From Lingula anatina (taxonomy: Eukaryota; Animalia; Brachiopoda), in the NCBI GenBank assembly GCA_051362555.1, contig CM120641.1:1240001-1304000 (forward strand): DNA of 64,000 nucleotides. The letters are read 5' to 3'. The notes beneath the pieces were generated by a model that was not told the origin of the DNA, ran no database searches, and saw only the letters and a list, made by a program, of their open reading frames with translations. The position numbers and the translations under genes are program-made. This document shows positions 1 to 14,054 of the stretch, piece after piece (the stretch's first letter is position 1; every line of letters begins with the position of its first letter).

Positions 1-976
1 CACGCCGTATGCAGCAGTGACAAGAGTGACCTTCATGCGGTACAAAACACTAAGCAAACTACAGGCCAATTTGTGAAATTGGACACCTTCCGGACCTTCA
101 TACGCACGGCAACTGACAAAGCTGATTGACAAAAAGGAAAATTTCAAATTTTCAGCGAGAGATCGTTCGCAATCCGAGAGAGACCAGGAGGCAATTTTCA
201 TATTTGTTAAAGAGACTTCGTAAGCCAAAGGGCGAGACGAGAACGCAATTTTCGTATCGTCAGCGTCGCAATCCGAGTGAAACGAGAAAGCTCATACTCG
301 TTCAGTGGCTTTCGTTTGCGGCAGATCGTCAGCCGGAGATCGTTCTCGATTGTTTTTAACCCTCCATCCCTCCCCATTGGAATTTATGATTTTTAAAAAT
401 ATTTTTCATTTCATTTGTACATTTCAAGGGACTTCATTAGCGGAAGATCGTCAGCGGGAGATCGTGAACGATCTGAGCGAGACAAGAAAGCAATAATGGT
501 AATCTTTATTGCAGCTCTTAATATTGCTCTTTTGTTCTGTTACTGAAGTCTCTACTGTTAACAATGCTATTGTTCGCCTCAGCAAAACTACCGATCGCTA
601 TCTCACACCGAATACTGCGGTAAAGAAACAACAGCCCGACAGTACAACTCTTAATAGATTCTTCTGTTATCTGAATGAATGGATATAACAATGTTGTTTA
701 GCGTCCTAAACTAACTGTACTGATCGTTAACTTGCACCTTGGGCCGCACACGTAGTACTCAGGTAAAGGTACGCTAGGGCAACATTGCCGACTGTTAGAA
801 CTTTATAAGCGCGAGAATAGCCCGGTGGCCGATTTTAAGGTGTACGAAATTCACGAAATGAAGATCGCGCAAAATTGCTTACTGGCCGAAATTCATGGTC
901 CAGAAAAAACTCCAGACGGCCGATTTTAAGATCGTTCGAAATTCAAGAGCCGTTCGAAATTCATGGCACTTTACCG
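1..976. mobile_element. Right end of a non-autonomous DNA transposon (Tc1/mariner, pogo/Tigger-like), running off the window start
   Basis: More CpG-rich than the flanking DNA. Subterminal repeated motifs (GGCCGATTTTAAG..CGAAATTCA, about 827-962) and internal GATCGT/CGAGA motifs. Ends ...GCACTTTACCG followed by TA at 977-978. The left TIR is not visible. Confidence 0.5.
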
Positions 977-2834
977 TATGTAAATTTTGAATGTTCAATT
1001 TAATTTCCTAATACGTACCATGATAAATAGTTCTACTAGGATCAGTATAACAACTAAGATTGGGTTCCCATCCTTAGCTCGATCTAACAGGATCTGTCCA
1101 TCTCCACAAGGTTTCTCACTAAATTGTTTTCAGCTTAAGTGGCTTTGATGTCTGGCACACCTGCTAAACAATAGTTACCCCCTATCAGCTTCAGTAGGTG
1201 TGACAGACATCTAAGCCGCTTAAGTTAATTGCAATTAAGCAAGAATCGCCTTGGAGATAGTTTGATCCAAAGTGGGTACAATAGTCTCTGGGAATGGTCT
1301 CTTACTTACAAACTACCATTACTGTTAGTATCTGTTGAACTTCACAGCTGTGTCAAGGCGAGGCGGCTTCTTCAATGTTCACTGTATTGTGCAATATCAA
1401 AATAGCAATGACATGCAGATATACAAGTCAGATTATGTTTTTACTTTAAAAACATTACTTGGGAAGTCTATCTCATGATGTTCTTCTTCTTCTTATTATT
1501 ATTATTATATTTATCATTACTACAATTAGAGAAAAAGTTCTTCAATGACAGAATACAAATATTTGTTTATGTTAAAAAATATTGATTACACATGTGATGA
1601 TGCTTTGATCATCCTAAATTTTTCAATCAAGCTTGTTCCTATTCACAGTAAAGGTATGATGCTGGTTCAAACCATCTATTTGCTCAGCTCCTCACTCATC
1701 TTATATCTGCCGGTTCAGATGAGGTACCTCCAGCTCTCATACATAATATCTAAAGACTAAACTGTAAGTTATACATCTTAATGTCAGTTTTTACGCCACA
1801 TCTCCTCGCTAGGTGGTTCATCAGTACAAGTGTATGCCTTTCACCTGGTCTCTTTGGTTTACCAAATCACTCCCTGTCCTAAGAACTAGATAATAATGCT
1901 CAAGTCTTACACTGTTTACAAGCTAACTCAAGCCTGTTAGTGTTCACTGTGAGTTAGGACATTGTATTCGGTGTAAGATCTGAATACAATGTTTATAGAT
2001 AAGTTAAGGAAGCCACAGAAAACTAATAATATTAGACAATTCACCACTGTCTTTATGACACATAAGGTATTGGGCACAACTAAGTCCAATCAGTTTCTCT
2101 TTTACACCACTGGATTGATGAAATAAAAAACCAGTCATTTGAAATCGCACTACTAGTATTCTCAGACCACTCATTGCTGTATTTATGACACATAAGCTAT
2201 AAGGCCCAATTAAGTTCAATCAGTTTCTCTTCTACCAATCATTTGGTAATAATTTTAGACATCTCAAGCTCGACCCACCTCAGCTTACCTTCATGTATTT
2301 CTTCATCAGGTAGATCATGGCTGTGTCAGTGCTAAGGTGAAGTGTCCTTGCATGTGCAGTACAATCAGTACTTTCCTACACTGCACCTAGGCAGTCAGTC
2401 CACCAGATAACCAGGCAGACAATACCTGCACAATACACTACAATATAGACCAAGGTCCACAAAGTTCCTAAGCTGTTCCCCGGCAATAATCACCTCATTC
2501 ACTCAAGGTGCCTTATCATGAGACCAATCTACCCGTGCCCAAAATCTGAGACCCAATTAATATACTGTTTAATGAGCCCTTGCCTGAATTAATGGGGCTC
2601 TTTAGAAATTAATCAACCATGAGCTAGCTATGGTTCAGGTTTTCCATGGTGTGTGATGGGCCAGGAAGGCTGGATAATCAAGCTGTAGACACTGAGAGGA
2701 CATCTGAAGTGTTGTGTAATACATGGTCCTGGCTTGAGACATGGGTGACCAGGTAAGATACAGGATACAGAAAAGGAGAAATATGTTGACTAATATGAAC
2801 ATACAGAAAATAAATGATAACAAATTATCTTGTT

Positions 2835-2836
<2 letters not shown>

Positions 2837-2878
<42 letters not shown>

Positions 2879-2896
2879 GAGAGAGAGAGAGAGAGA
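2837..2896. repeat. Compound (GT)n(GA)n microsatellite
   Basis: Seen directly. Confidence 0.95.
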
Positions 2897-5800
2897 TAAC
2901 AACAGCTAACAAAATGGCATTTGGCAAAAAAAATCATTGACGCCTTAAAATACATTATCAGCCCTGCCATTGATAATACCATGTAAAGAATTTTCAGGGC
3001 AAGCCAGCTATAAAACAGCCCCTTAACCTGCTGGCATTTCCATGCAGTTTCACCCTCCAGGAGCCTCCTTAATGCCTCATTAATTATCACACCTCTCCTG
3101 ATTGGGACAACACACAGTCATAAATAACCACTTAATATTCAGCTCGCTCTCCTGTATGGACCTCACCTGAGCAGAATAGACTTCATGTTCATCTACATGT
3201 AACATGTCTATGTCTAGAAATCCCCCACCCTCACCCAAAGAACTTTTATAAGCATAAAGTTTTATGTCCTTTTAGTTAAGAAGAAATAAACTTTGTTTTT
3301 GCATGCTGTTTTAATTTCATGAAGGCTATTGAATTTTTTTGTTTCATTAAAATGACTCGAATCTTACCATAATCAAATACGCAACCATGACTTTTTTTTC
3401 ACATTTTTTATTTTTTATTTTTTCCCCAAATATATTTGGTTTAAAAATGATCATGACTTCTTAGAACTTTTCTAAACAATGAACCAGGTATGAAGGCTCT
3501 GTATCCTTTAACATAATGTTATTCATATCATCAGTCTATCCTTGTCATGGTATGTTATCTTTACTTCTAAACACACACTATTTTCACTTTTTCTATCATC
3601 TATGTTTTATTTAATTTTTTTAACATTTTTTATCTTTTATGTATGCTCTGTAATTTTTTCTCTGAAGTATAAAAATTTTCTTTTAATTTTCAGTATGAAA
3701 AATAAAAAAAAAATAAAATAAAAAAAAACTTTATCAAGCTTCTTTAAGCAAAAAATTTGTGTAATTTTTTAGTCACATGAACATCAAATGGTTAACCTTT
3801 TTAAAACCTAGATTTACAGAAAAGAAGGTAACATTAAATAGTAAGGGTTAGTTTAAAGTAACAAAAACACCTCAGTGTTCTCATTTTGTCCCATACAAGT
3901 ATGTCTGTGATCTCTATTATAAAGATGACCAGAGACAATGACAACAGCGCCTAGAGACATCCCATTCTTTATGACAATCAAATAACATCTTTCTCTTAAT
4001 ACTCATAATTATTGTAAAGCCTAAAGGAGAATGACATTCTAAAAAAATTTGAACAGGGCATGCCAGGTAAAACCACCCTGGTCATATTCAAGAAAAAAAA
4101 AAAACACCAATGATTGTCCAAAAAATACTGCTTATAACTTACAAGAATGCCATTTTTTCCCTAAAATTATGAACTTTGGCATTTTGCACTTACATGTCCC
4201 TTCAATCTAAAGAAAATTTAAATAAATATGTCCATTAGGATCTTAAAGAGGATTTCTAGTGCATCAAAAACTGATCCACCTCACATAAACTTTAATAATG
4301 CTTGTCCTAATATTTTATATCATGCTCTCTGTCAATTTATTGGCTTTTTTAAAACAGGAAACCGTATCATATATTATAAAGATTGCAAGGGTCGTATGAT
4401 ATAGTTTCATGCTGATCAAAATCAAAATCCAGGTTTTGCAAATGAGGAACTGTAAAATCTAATCAATAAAAATACAAAAAGATCAATAAAATGGCAGAAA
4501 TCACACACATTCAGAAGTCAATGTAAGTCCATTATGAAAATAACTTCATGAGCCCTTTTCAACAAATTGTCAAATTATTTATTTATTGAGAAAGATTTTA
4601 AAAACACAAATCTTAAATTTATAAATAAAGTGATCTGTTTTTAGGCAAAACAAGCCATGTCCATTGGACAAAATCACATCCAAGTTTCCAACAAATTGCC
4701 CAATTTGAAAAATCTGCAAACAAATGCTTAGAAGAACATAAAAAATGCAAGATAAGCTATACAATGCTGATATCTTACCTCACACCAGAGACCTTCGCAA
4801 GGTGTCTGTCAATACGGGCAAACTGATGTACATATATATAACGTCTATATATGTACATATACTAGTATATCATCCACTCCAATGTGCCAATCTATCAACT
4901 TTCGTGTTCTGCAGAGGATAGCAAGCTCCCATGTGAAAATATCTCAATGTTGTTGCAGTGTTGTCTTGTTGGTATAACATGTCTGGAATATAAATCAGAC
5001 TGTCAGGAAAAAAATTGTAGTTATCTGATTATTTACTAGGCATTAATTTTTACCAAAATGTCACATCAGCGATTCAGGTAATCTGACTTTTTATCTTCTA
5101 GCACCTCTCACGTATACATCTGTATAATCTTCTGTTTAGCTCTGATAATAATGTATGTACCCTGACTGGCACATGTACAGCCATTGAAGTTGATTGAAGT
5201 TGCTGTAACCTTGGGTGATAATTAACAAAGGTTGTTTGTTGATAATGAAAAATTCCTCGCCCTGTTTTTTATCTTCCCACTTCCAATTACCTATAAACAA
5301 CTTCAAGGTGCATTTCTACTCAAGTTGTAACAGTATAACTGAGGAGGTACTATCTCTTTCAACATGATTCATAACTATGATAATAGGAAGACAATTGAAT
5401 TTTCTTATCCATCAGGGCATTGTTAAAACTGTTCCAGTACTCCTGTTCTGTGAAAAAAATCAATTAACACACTTTCCAGATGATGTGAAGAGGCTGCAGA
5501 CATACAATCAATCATCTGTAGTGAGCAAGTAGTAAATGACTGGTCTCTGAACACCTCTAATGTATGGACAACTAGTAAATAATGACTGATGGATAAACAT
5601 ATGCAATTGTGTTTGTCCTTGGACAGCAGTTTGAACAATTGTCATGATAGCTAAGACACTCAAGTCTGATACCCCACCACCCCGCCCTGCCCCATTGGCA
5701 ATATCCAGTTCTGACTCAGGTTAATTTTTATCAACTTTGTGTGCATTCATTAGATCCCTCAATGCTGTATGTCCTGCTTCATTCAGCACTACTATACGGG

Positions 5801-8666
5801 TTTGTTCCCAATGACATTATCATTCTAGGTTGATTGATCCAACTCCACAGGGACTCTTGCTAAATGCAATCATATTAACAGATTAACATACCTAGGTAGA
5901 ACAATAGTTTCACTGGGAATGAAGTATATTTACCCTCCCACTTTCCATACTAGTAATTGTTTTACAAGGCTGTCGCTGTAATTTGACAAAAGAGTAATGT
6001 TCTCCTCTTGATACTTCTTAGTACAAAAATATGACTCATTCCTTGCTCTTCTTGATCTAGCATTAATATTAATTATCAAGAATCATCTGAATTTTATCTT
6101 ACCTGTACCTTTCATTTCTCATTTCATTTTTCCTTTTAACTTCTATTTTCCACTATTTATAAAACCTGAGCCACAACCAAAAAAACGACTTTCAATCTAA
6201 AAACCTGAAAAGTAATGGACTGGCCTAAAACAGTTGCCTGAAGGTGCAGCATAAACTCTACTACCTGTTGTTTGTTTCTGTCTACCTTTGTGGTTATAAC
6301 GGTGACTCACAGTGGATAGAATACACACTGTGTCTTAATGCCGAGACCTGTGGCTATATACATCACGCATTCGATTGTTCTCCAACCATCCTTAGCCTAA
6401 AACCAACTGTATGTAATATCCAGATCACACGATGTCATACCTCATACCTGGAGAATACCCTACTTTACAGGTTCACACAGCCTTCAAACAATGGTGCTAA
6501 AACGGTGCCATCAGGTAAAGACAATTTTCACTAAAATAGGCCCATTTTTTTAAGGTTACCACACACCCAATGACACAACAGAGGAAGGAAGATCCAACAA
6601 GGTGCCAGTGACACAGTTGATAACAATTCCTTAGGACATGCAATTTTCAATATATAACCAATACTATAATAAGCATGCAACCAACACTCTTTTTAAAACT
6701 TTTTTCACCTGAATTGGAAAAAGCATCAATTGAAAACCCTATGCCAAGAATATACAACATGGGGCCCTGGATAATTCCAACTCTAGCAACAACTTCACAA
6801 CTCACTCTTGACTGATCTAGAGCACCCTGAAGCCAAATTTTATCACTTTTTGCCATTGTATTATTAGGCAACTTGATAGTTATTTAACAGTAACTATGGC
6901 TGTATATTTGAGCTGCAGTGGCTTTGAAGACTGATACATGTCTAGTAAAAATGCCATGATGTGAATACACAATGTTTAACTAAACTGATAAAGAAATAGT
7001 ATTGTTTAATTGTCATCATGATGATAAGATATGAAAGTCCACACATCATATGCACACACATGCACGCACACACACACAAATTGCATCACACACACACACA
7101 CACACACACACACTATTCACCCACAGTTTATACCTCCAATATTACTCCACTTGTGAGGTCATTTCCACTATCATTCAGCTAGGCACATAGATATCAGCTA
7201 GGCAAGCTCTGGGAGAGCACTGTATCTCACATGCTTTTTCAAACCAAGAATTTTTGATCAGTATTCCTATCACATCATACTTACCAGTATACCTGGACCA
7301 ACTATTATACCACAGAACAGTATTATATAGTTCTGTCTCATCAATGGAGTGTGTGGTTAAACTTAATCCAGTGACACTCTTTGTTAAGGGAGATCCTTAG
7401 TGCTTTAAAAAGTAGAATTTGATATACTCTTAAACTTAAGGACTGATGATAAAATGTACGAGTTAAATTAGCTGCTAACAATTATAGCAAAATATACCAG
7501 GGACTGATAGAAACACACCAGACCAGAAAAAAACATGTAATATGTTATAATAATAATGCAACATACCAAATGGAGTTCCATTAAAAATAAATACAATTTT
7601 GCCTACCTGGTACAGTCAGTACTTCAAAGATCAAAAGGAAAAAGTTTCAGGATGCAAAGTCAATTAAAAGTCTTCCTTCTCAAAACATTTGTGAACTAAG
7701 CTGCACAAGAAAAACTAACAAGCCAATCAAAATTCAAATCATTTGTTGTTGTTGAAAGCCACCACCCTTAAAATCACACCAACGGGACAGAAATACAAAT
7801 GGCCTCCATTGAAAAAAGCAGATTAAAAGGTCTAACCCGAGCGGGACAAAAGGTGAAATTAGGTGAAATACATTTCAGCAGGCTTTTTTTATGATAGCAA
7901 ATAATACAAAATCTTGCCCTTAGGTAAGAATTGGATATTTTTATTTGCCTCTGTGCTTGAAATATCAATCTTACATTTGCCTTAGTCAGTTATCCTTCCA
8001 AAATGACACAAACTATCAAATAGGCCAAATGCAAGGTGGTTGTTTTGTATTTTTTTTTTCTGAATGAAACATGTGAACTTTTATCTTGATCTGAATCATT
8101 CATATAAAGTTTGGCTAAAATGTCTTGTTTTACAAATAGAGAATGTTTAATAGTTAGGTAAACAAAGTTTTATTCCATGTTCAGTCATGCACAGTTCCTA
8201 AAACATTTTAATTCTAAAACATAATCAAACTCAATGACTATAAACTATCAACCAAAATCAATGGATATACAGTGAAGGCCCCATATCTGGCCCCAGTCAA
8301 AGGTCACAGTAAAGAGTTTACTCAGGTGTTTGGATATTACCTGTTTTCAACGGTGATTTCAAACATTAGAACTGGGCAAACATATTGTTTAACCTCCTTT
8401 TACCTTTTATCACAAATTTACTGGGACTTTTCTGGGCCATTGGCTGAGTAGAAACTTAGGACTTAAGTTACTCTCTGTCTCTCTCTCTCTCAAACTGAAT
8501 TAAAACAAAGTCCCTAGACTTATAAATGGATATTTTTTAAGTCTGGCTGAGAATCTACCTTAATTTATATAAGTGTACTCTTCAAAGATGGATCAGAACT
8601 GAGCAAAATATAAACTAGTAGTATTCACTTGATGTAAGAGTTTCACAACATATAGTAAATAATAGA

Positions 8667-8857
8667 CAGGCCCGTAGCCAGGGGTGTTTTGGAGGGGGGG
8701 GGGAGGGGTTCGAAAGAAGCATCCCTTTTGTTAGGAAAAGATCCATTTTTGGTAAAATTTTATCTTGGTACTAAGTACACATAAGTTTCATTGTAAAAGG
8801 TCCACTTTTTCAGAAAAAGAACCCCCCCCCTTTTTGAATTTGCTGGCTACGGGCCTG
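8667..8857. mobile_element. Small MITE (~190 bp)
   Basis: TIRs CAGGCCCGTAGCCAG / CTGGCTACGGGCCTG. Flanks ATAGA/CTAGA may be an imperfect TSD. A related degenerate copy lies at about 28325-28528. Confidence 0.7.
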
Positions 8858-10393
8858 CTAGACCATGACCAATCTCTTCACTGCTGCTCACTTTTCTTTA
8901 CACTAAATACTTCCTATGGAACCAATACAACATGGGGGGGGGGGGGGGGTTGGAGGGAGGGAGGAAGTCAAGGAGGGGTTAGGCTCTGTCGCAGCAATGA
9001 GCCATTTTCAATCAAGTTCTGATAGCAGCCTCGAACATGAAGGTCCTGGGCCATAGACATAAGACATGCATTGTTAACATCTCACATCAAGTGTACATTT
9101 AATACATCACAAAATACTTCCAACCTCAAGGCACACTCCAGGTATGAACACATTCTCCAGCTTAATAAATACCTGAGAACCAACTTACAGCTAGCTTTGG
9201 TTTGAGCTCTGTAAATATAGACGCATGTTATCATATATGAATGAGCATGGATAATATTTTCAAAGCAGGTGTGCTGCATAGTTTTCCCTACAGCATTGAT
9301 CTAATGCCAGCCTGGCTTCACTGTGAAGGCTGTCACGGTTGACCCTGGTCTGAGTAAACAGGAGCCAGACTCATTGACCAGAAAAACTGATTTTATCAAA
9401 AGGTTGGCTGGTAATGCAATGTAAATGTGTTTGCACTGGGTCGCAGCACATGTAGTTATGAATAATGTTTCATAAGCTTTAATATAAGGACCTGTATATT
9501 GATTTAGGAATTTATTCTCTTTGGGGTGGGCTTTCTATCATATATTAGTTCTCTCTCTTGATACTACACCAGATTCAAATCATATGCCCCCACCCCCTTT
9601 TTTAGACAAACGAGTGAAACATAAGAATGTCGGTATGTACAAAAGTTTAAAACCATACATGAAAAGCATCATTTGTTCTAATTCAGTACTTATTGATTGT
9701 CATACCTTTCACTCTGGTAAAATAAATTTAATGAGAAAACATATTTAAAATTATGAAGTTTTCAGTAATCTCGACAGAGTACATAATTTCACAGACATTA
9801 GTCTACTAGAACTTTATTTGACTAAAAGCTTATCATTAATTAGACTAAAAGCTTTATCAAGGCAGGACTCTTCAGGGGTTTGGCTTTATATAAATTAGTT
9901 GCAATATAAAGAAATGCACTGAAAACACAGCTAACCATGAAGATACAAGTGATTTGAGGTTGGTACAGATGTTTAATGGCATTTTTATCATCAGATTTGA
10001 TCTTAACCCACATACAGCATCTGAAACAATTTGTGATTTCATCATTTGTGAAAACGACAAGATGATATCATGAAGATTTTGTGATAACTAGGCAGATGAT
10101 AATGATGATCAGATGATTTATTTTTACACAGTTTATTGGTAGAAAAGGAGGCAAATGGCTTGCAGCATTACATGCTCTCTTTGATGACCAAGAAAATTAA
10201 CATATATATATATACACACACACACACACAAAGCAAACAAAAAACTTTAACAATATATATATGAAAGCGAACAAATAACAAAAAGAAAGAAAAGGAATAA
10301 GAACATTTTAAAATTCAAATGTTGATGATGATGAAGATAACTTTAACAAAAACATGTTATGCCAAATGCTTTAAACTGAACCACATTTTGCTA

Positions 10394-13300
10394 TGGTCAA
10401 GGTCAAGGTGCGCTTGCAGCAGCCCTGCTAATGATCTCTGACAAACTTTACTGCTTTTTATTGAAAGTGTGGGTTTTTAGAAGGAAATCTTTCACAGAAT
10501 ACGTTTATGAATACACCAGGACTCCTTTGGACACTTTATGGACATTTCAGTCACTTGGAGAATTTTTCCAAGCCTTTCTGAGATTGTTGCATACAAATAT
10601 ATAGCAAAGACCACCTGGATATTTCAGCACTACCGTGACAACAACTCAAGATGAGATACTCAATGAACAGACTGCATGAAATTGGTAGGAAAGTTACTGC
10701 CAGTAATGTGGTATTGCCCAGGGGGCTTTTCAGGACAATAAGAACAAGTGGTATAAGCCCTGTATTACCAACACACAGGGGCTGCAGGGCAGGCAGTGAT
10801 AAGCAGAGACAATTACCTGTCATTATCAACAAATTTAACAGGGCAGTGAAAACTTTCACAGAGAAGAGACCAAAAACTTTGTGTACCATAAAATGTGTAT
10901 CTTCATATCATCTGGGAAATAACATCAAAATGTCTCTTTGGAATGCCAGATCCGTGGTTGACAAGGTGCCCCATTTGTGTGACTCTATAGACCAGCATAA
11001 TACAGACATTTTCATGCTAACAGAAACATGGATAAATAGTAAAAACTGCAATTTCTTTGATGCTGACTTTAACTCCTCCTTCAGTGGCTATACAATTCAT
11101 CACTCACCTAGGATTCACCGGAAAGGTGGTGGCATTGCCATTATGACACGGTCCAACATGAAAGTTGTAAAAAACAAAGCGTCAGAGTTTAAATCTTTTG
11201 AATTCCTTGATGTGAATGTCTCCACCCGGAAAGATATGCTGCATTTGATTCTGATATACCGTCCACCCTACTCAAAGAAGCACAAGTACACCGTATCTAG
11301 CTTCGTAGACGAATTTTCCAAGCTTTTAGAAGGCGCTCTGTTCTCTCCAGGTCGCCTGGTAATAGCTGGAGATTTTAATATCCACATGGATAACGAGATA
11401 TGCAGCGATGTTAGGAGGTTTAAGGACCTGATTGAATCAATGGGTTTGACTCAACACATCAGAACAGCCACCCACTTAAAGGGACATATCCTAGACTTAG
11501 TGCTGACTCGCACCGACTTCTGCCTTCAAAGTTTTACTTTAGACTACAGCCTTCCTTCAGACCATGCTGCAATCCACTTCGTGGCAGACCTTGTACGCCC
11601 GGAACCTTCAAAAAGAGTCATCCAACGTAGAGATATCTCGAAACTTGATCCAGTAATCCTAAATGATGCGTTTAAACATGTTTTTGAGGATGCAGAACAG
11701 ACCACAGATCCAAGTACCTTAGTAGATCTGTATAATACGTCTATATCCAAGATCATGGAAGATATTGCACCAATGCAGACCAGAGTCAAGTTGGTGAAAC
11801 AGAGGGCTGAATGGTTTACATCTGAACTCAGCGAAGAAAGGAAAAAGATCAGGAAGCTTGAACGTCAGTGGTGCAACTCAAAATTGGAAATACACCGGGA
11901 ATTATTCAAAACTGCCAGAGCTAACTATCACACCCTCCTTGAAAAGCAAAAAACTGTATACCATCGGACCTGTATTGAAGGTGCTGATCAAAGGGAACTC
12001 TTTAGGATTGTGGACAAGATTTCAGAATCTAAGTCAAGCCAGCTAAGTGTGCTTCCTGACATGGAAATGTCAACACTTCCTCAAGTTTTTGCAGATTTCT
12101 TCACAAACCGAATCAAGGATATTCGTAAGGACTTAACTCAAAATGCTACCACAGGATCCTCAGAATCAGATCCATTACCAAGTGAATTTCAAGACAGGTG
12201 TGCCAGTCAGGGTGGTGGGGCCCAACTGAGCAATTTCCTACCGGTCTCAGAGAAGGATATTATCTCTGTTATAAAGGGGATGAATTCTAAGTTTTGTGCT
12301 CTGGATCCCATGCCAACATATATAGTGAAAGAGTGTATTAGTGTGTTATCTCCAGTTCTCTTGAGATTAGTAAATCTGTCTTTCTCAACAGGTATCTTTC
12401 CATCAAACTGCAAAACTGCAATTGTTAGACCATTACTTAAAAAGCAAGGGCTGTGTAAAAATGTCCTGAAAAACTATAGACCAATATCAAATCTACCCTT
12501 TTTAGGTAAATTTCTTGAAAAAATGGCATGTTCCCAACTAAGCAGCTATCTATCTGAAAATAAACTCTTTGGGAAATTCCAGTCTGCCTATAGAGAAGGC
12601 CACAGCACTGAGACAGCTCTACTTCGAGTCCACAACGACATAATGCTTGCCCTGGATAAACAAAGAGATGTCATTTTAGTTCTTCTAGACCTTTCAGCGG
12701 CTTTCGATACCATAGATCATAATATTCTTCTTCACAGGTTGCAGCATCGTTTTAGAGTGAATGGACTTGCACTTAGTTGGTTTACCTCTTACCTGAAAAA
12801 CAGAACACAAAGGGTTTCAATAGAGTCGGTTTTATCTCAGCCAGTTAACTTGGAGTACGGTGTTCCACAAGGGTCTGTGTTAGGTCCGATCCTATTCTCA
12901 TTATACATGTTACCTGTAGAAGATATCATACTAAAGCATGGTCTGAACACTGTTATTTTTGCAGATGACACACAAGTATATATTACATGCAAGAGCAGCC
13001 AGTCTGCAACAATCACTTCTATGGAGACTTGTCTTGCAGAGATTCGAGAATGGATGAAAGTGAACATGTTGGCTTTAAATGATAGTAAGACTGAGTTGAT
13101 ATGGTTTACATCAAGGTTCAAGGCAAATAGAAAAAATGTAGCAAATGCCAACATTTGCATAGGAGATGTTCTTATAAAACCATCTAGTTCTGTAAAAGAT
13201 CTGGGAGTTACCCTCGATGAAAATGGCACTATGGGCAAGCGTGTATCTGAAGTGTGTAAATCAGCATCTTATGCACTATGGCGCATTGGAAAAATAAGGA

Positions 13301-14054
13301 AAGTGTTAGATAACAAAACCACTGAAAAATTAGTACATGCATTTATATCATCAAGATTAGATTACTGCAATAGTCTCCTCTTTGGTATTTGTGACTATCA
13401 GATTAAAAAGTTACAAGTTATTCAAAACTCAGCTGCAAGACTGGTTTGTCAAATTAAGTACAATAGTACACACCATATCACTCCCATTCTGAAAGAATTA
13501 CACTGGCTGCCTGTGAAGCAGAGGATTGATTTTAAAGTACTCTGTATTATTTTTAAGGCGATCCATTCACAAGGACCATTATATTTATCTGATCTTATCT
13601 GTTTTAACTTACCACGGCGGTCCACACGTTTTAATACTGAGAATGATTTTATTTTAGAACATTCTGTTTTAGAGAAGGGGTGCCTAAAAAGTTATGGAGA
13701 TCGTGCTTTTATAATCTACGCCCCAAGAGTGTGGAATGGTCTACCAAATTTTATTAGGAAAACAGAAGACTTTGACAATTTTAAATCTCTTTTAAAGACC
13801 CACTTTTTTAATTCTGTCTATATCTCTTAGATTTTATTTTAATATATATATGTTTTGTTTTTTTTTTTTTTTTTTTTTTTAATAAGATTGATTTTTAGTA
13901 GTGTAAATTTTAAATGGTTTCCAATGAGAGTTTATGATTAAAATATTGTAGTCATTTTAATGATTTTAGTATATTAGCCATTATTGTAAGGCGCCTTGAG
14001 ATAGAATGTAAGGCGCCATATAAGAATCTTATTATTATTATTATTATTATTATT
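10394..14054 (+). mobile_element. Probably full-length L2-like non-LTR retrotransposon
   Basis: Intact ORF, 3' stem-loop GGCGCCTT-N12-AAGGCGCC (about 13990-14017), then a (TTA)n tail at about 14029-14054. The 5' limit is tentative (possible TTGCTA duplication at 10388 and 14053). Confidence 0.8.
10651..13830 (+). CDS. LINE ORF: APE endonuclease plus reverse transcriptase (L2/Crack-like, CR1 group)
   Basis: APE motifs WNARS, LTETW, GDFN, LDLVLT, SDH. RT motifs YRPISNL, FQSAYR, LDLSAAFDT, GVPQGSVLGP, FADDT. C-terminal HITPILKELHWLPV is typical of the L2 group. Uninterrupted 1059 aa. Confidence 0.95.
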   Translation: MRYSMNRLHEIGRKVTASNVVLPRGLFRTIRTSGISPVLPTHRGCRAGSDKQRQLPVIINKFNRAVKTFTEKRPKTLCTIKCVSSYHLGNNIKMSLWNARSVVDKVPHLCDSIDQHNTDIFMLTETWINSKNCNFFDADFNSSFSGYTIHHSPRIHRKGGGIAIMTRSNMKVVKNKASEFKSFEFLDVNVSTRKDMLHLILIYRPPYSKKHKYTVSSFVDEFSKLLEGALFSPGRLVIAGDFNIHMDNEICSDVRRFKDLIESMGLTQHIRTATHLKGHILDLVLTRTDFCLQSFTLDYSLPSDHAAIHFVADLVRPEPSKRVIQRRDISKLDPVILNDAFKHVFEDAEQTTDPSTLVDLYNTSISKIMEDIAPMQTRVKLVKQRAEWFTSELSEERKKIRKLERQWCNSKLEIHRELFKTARANYHTLLEKQKTVYHRTCIEGADQRELFRIVDKISESKSSQLSVLPDMEMSTLPQVFADFFTNRIKDIRKDLTQNATTGSSESDPLPSEFQDRCASQGGGAQLSNFLPVSEKDIISVIKGMNSKFCALDPMPTYIVKECISVLSPVLLRLVNLSFSTGIFPSNCKTAIVRPLLKKQGLCKNVLKNYRPISNLPFLGKFLEKMACSQLSSYLSENKLFGKFQSAYREGHSTETALLRVHNDIMLALDKQRDVILVLLDLSAAFDTIDHNILLHRLQHRFRVNGLALSWFTSYLKNRTQRVSIESVLSQPVNLEYGVPQGSVLGPILFSLYMLPVEDIILKHGLNTVIFADDTQVYITCKSSQSATITSMETCLAEIREWMKVNMLALNDSKTELIWFTSRFKANRKNVANANICIGDVLIKPSSSVKDLGVTLDENGTMGKRVSEVCKSASYALWRIGKIRKVLDNKTTEKLVHAFISSRLDYCNSLLFGICDYQIKKLQVIQNSAARLVCQIKYNSTHHITPILKELHWLPVKQRIDFKVLCIIFKAIHSQGPLYLSDLICFNLPRRSTRFNTENDFILEHSVLEKGCLKSYGDRAFIIYAPRVWNGLPNFIRKTEDFDNFKSLLKTHFFNSVYIS

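Noticed and set aside
8933-8980. G-rich tract with quadruplex potential
   Set aside because: Homopolymer-like, length unreliable, no functional context
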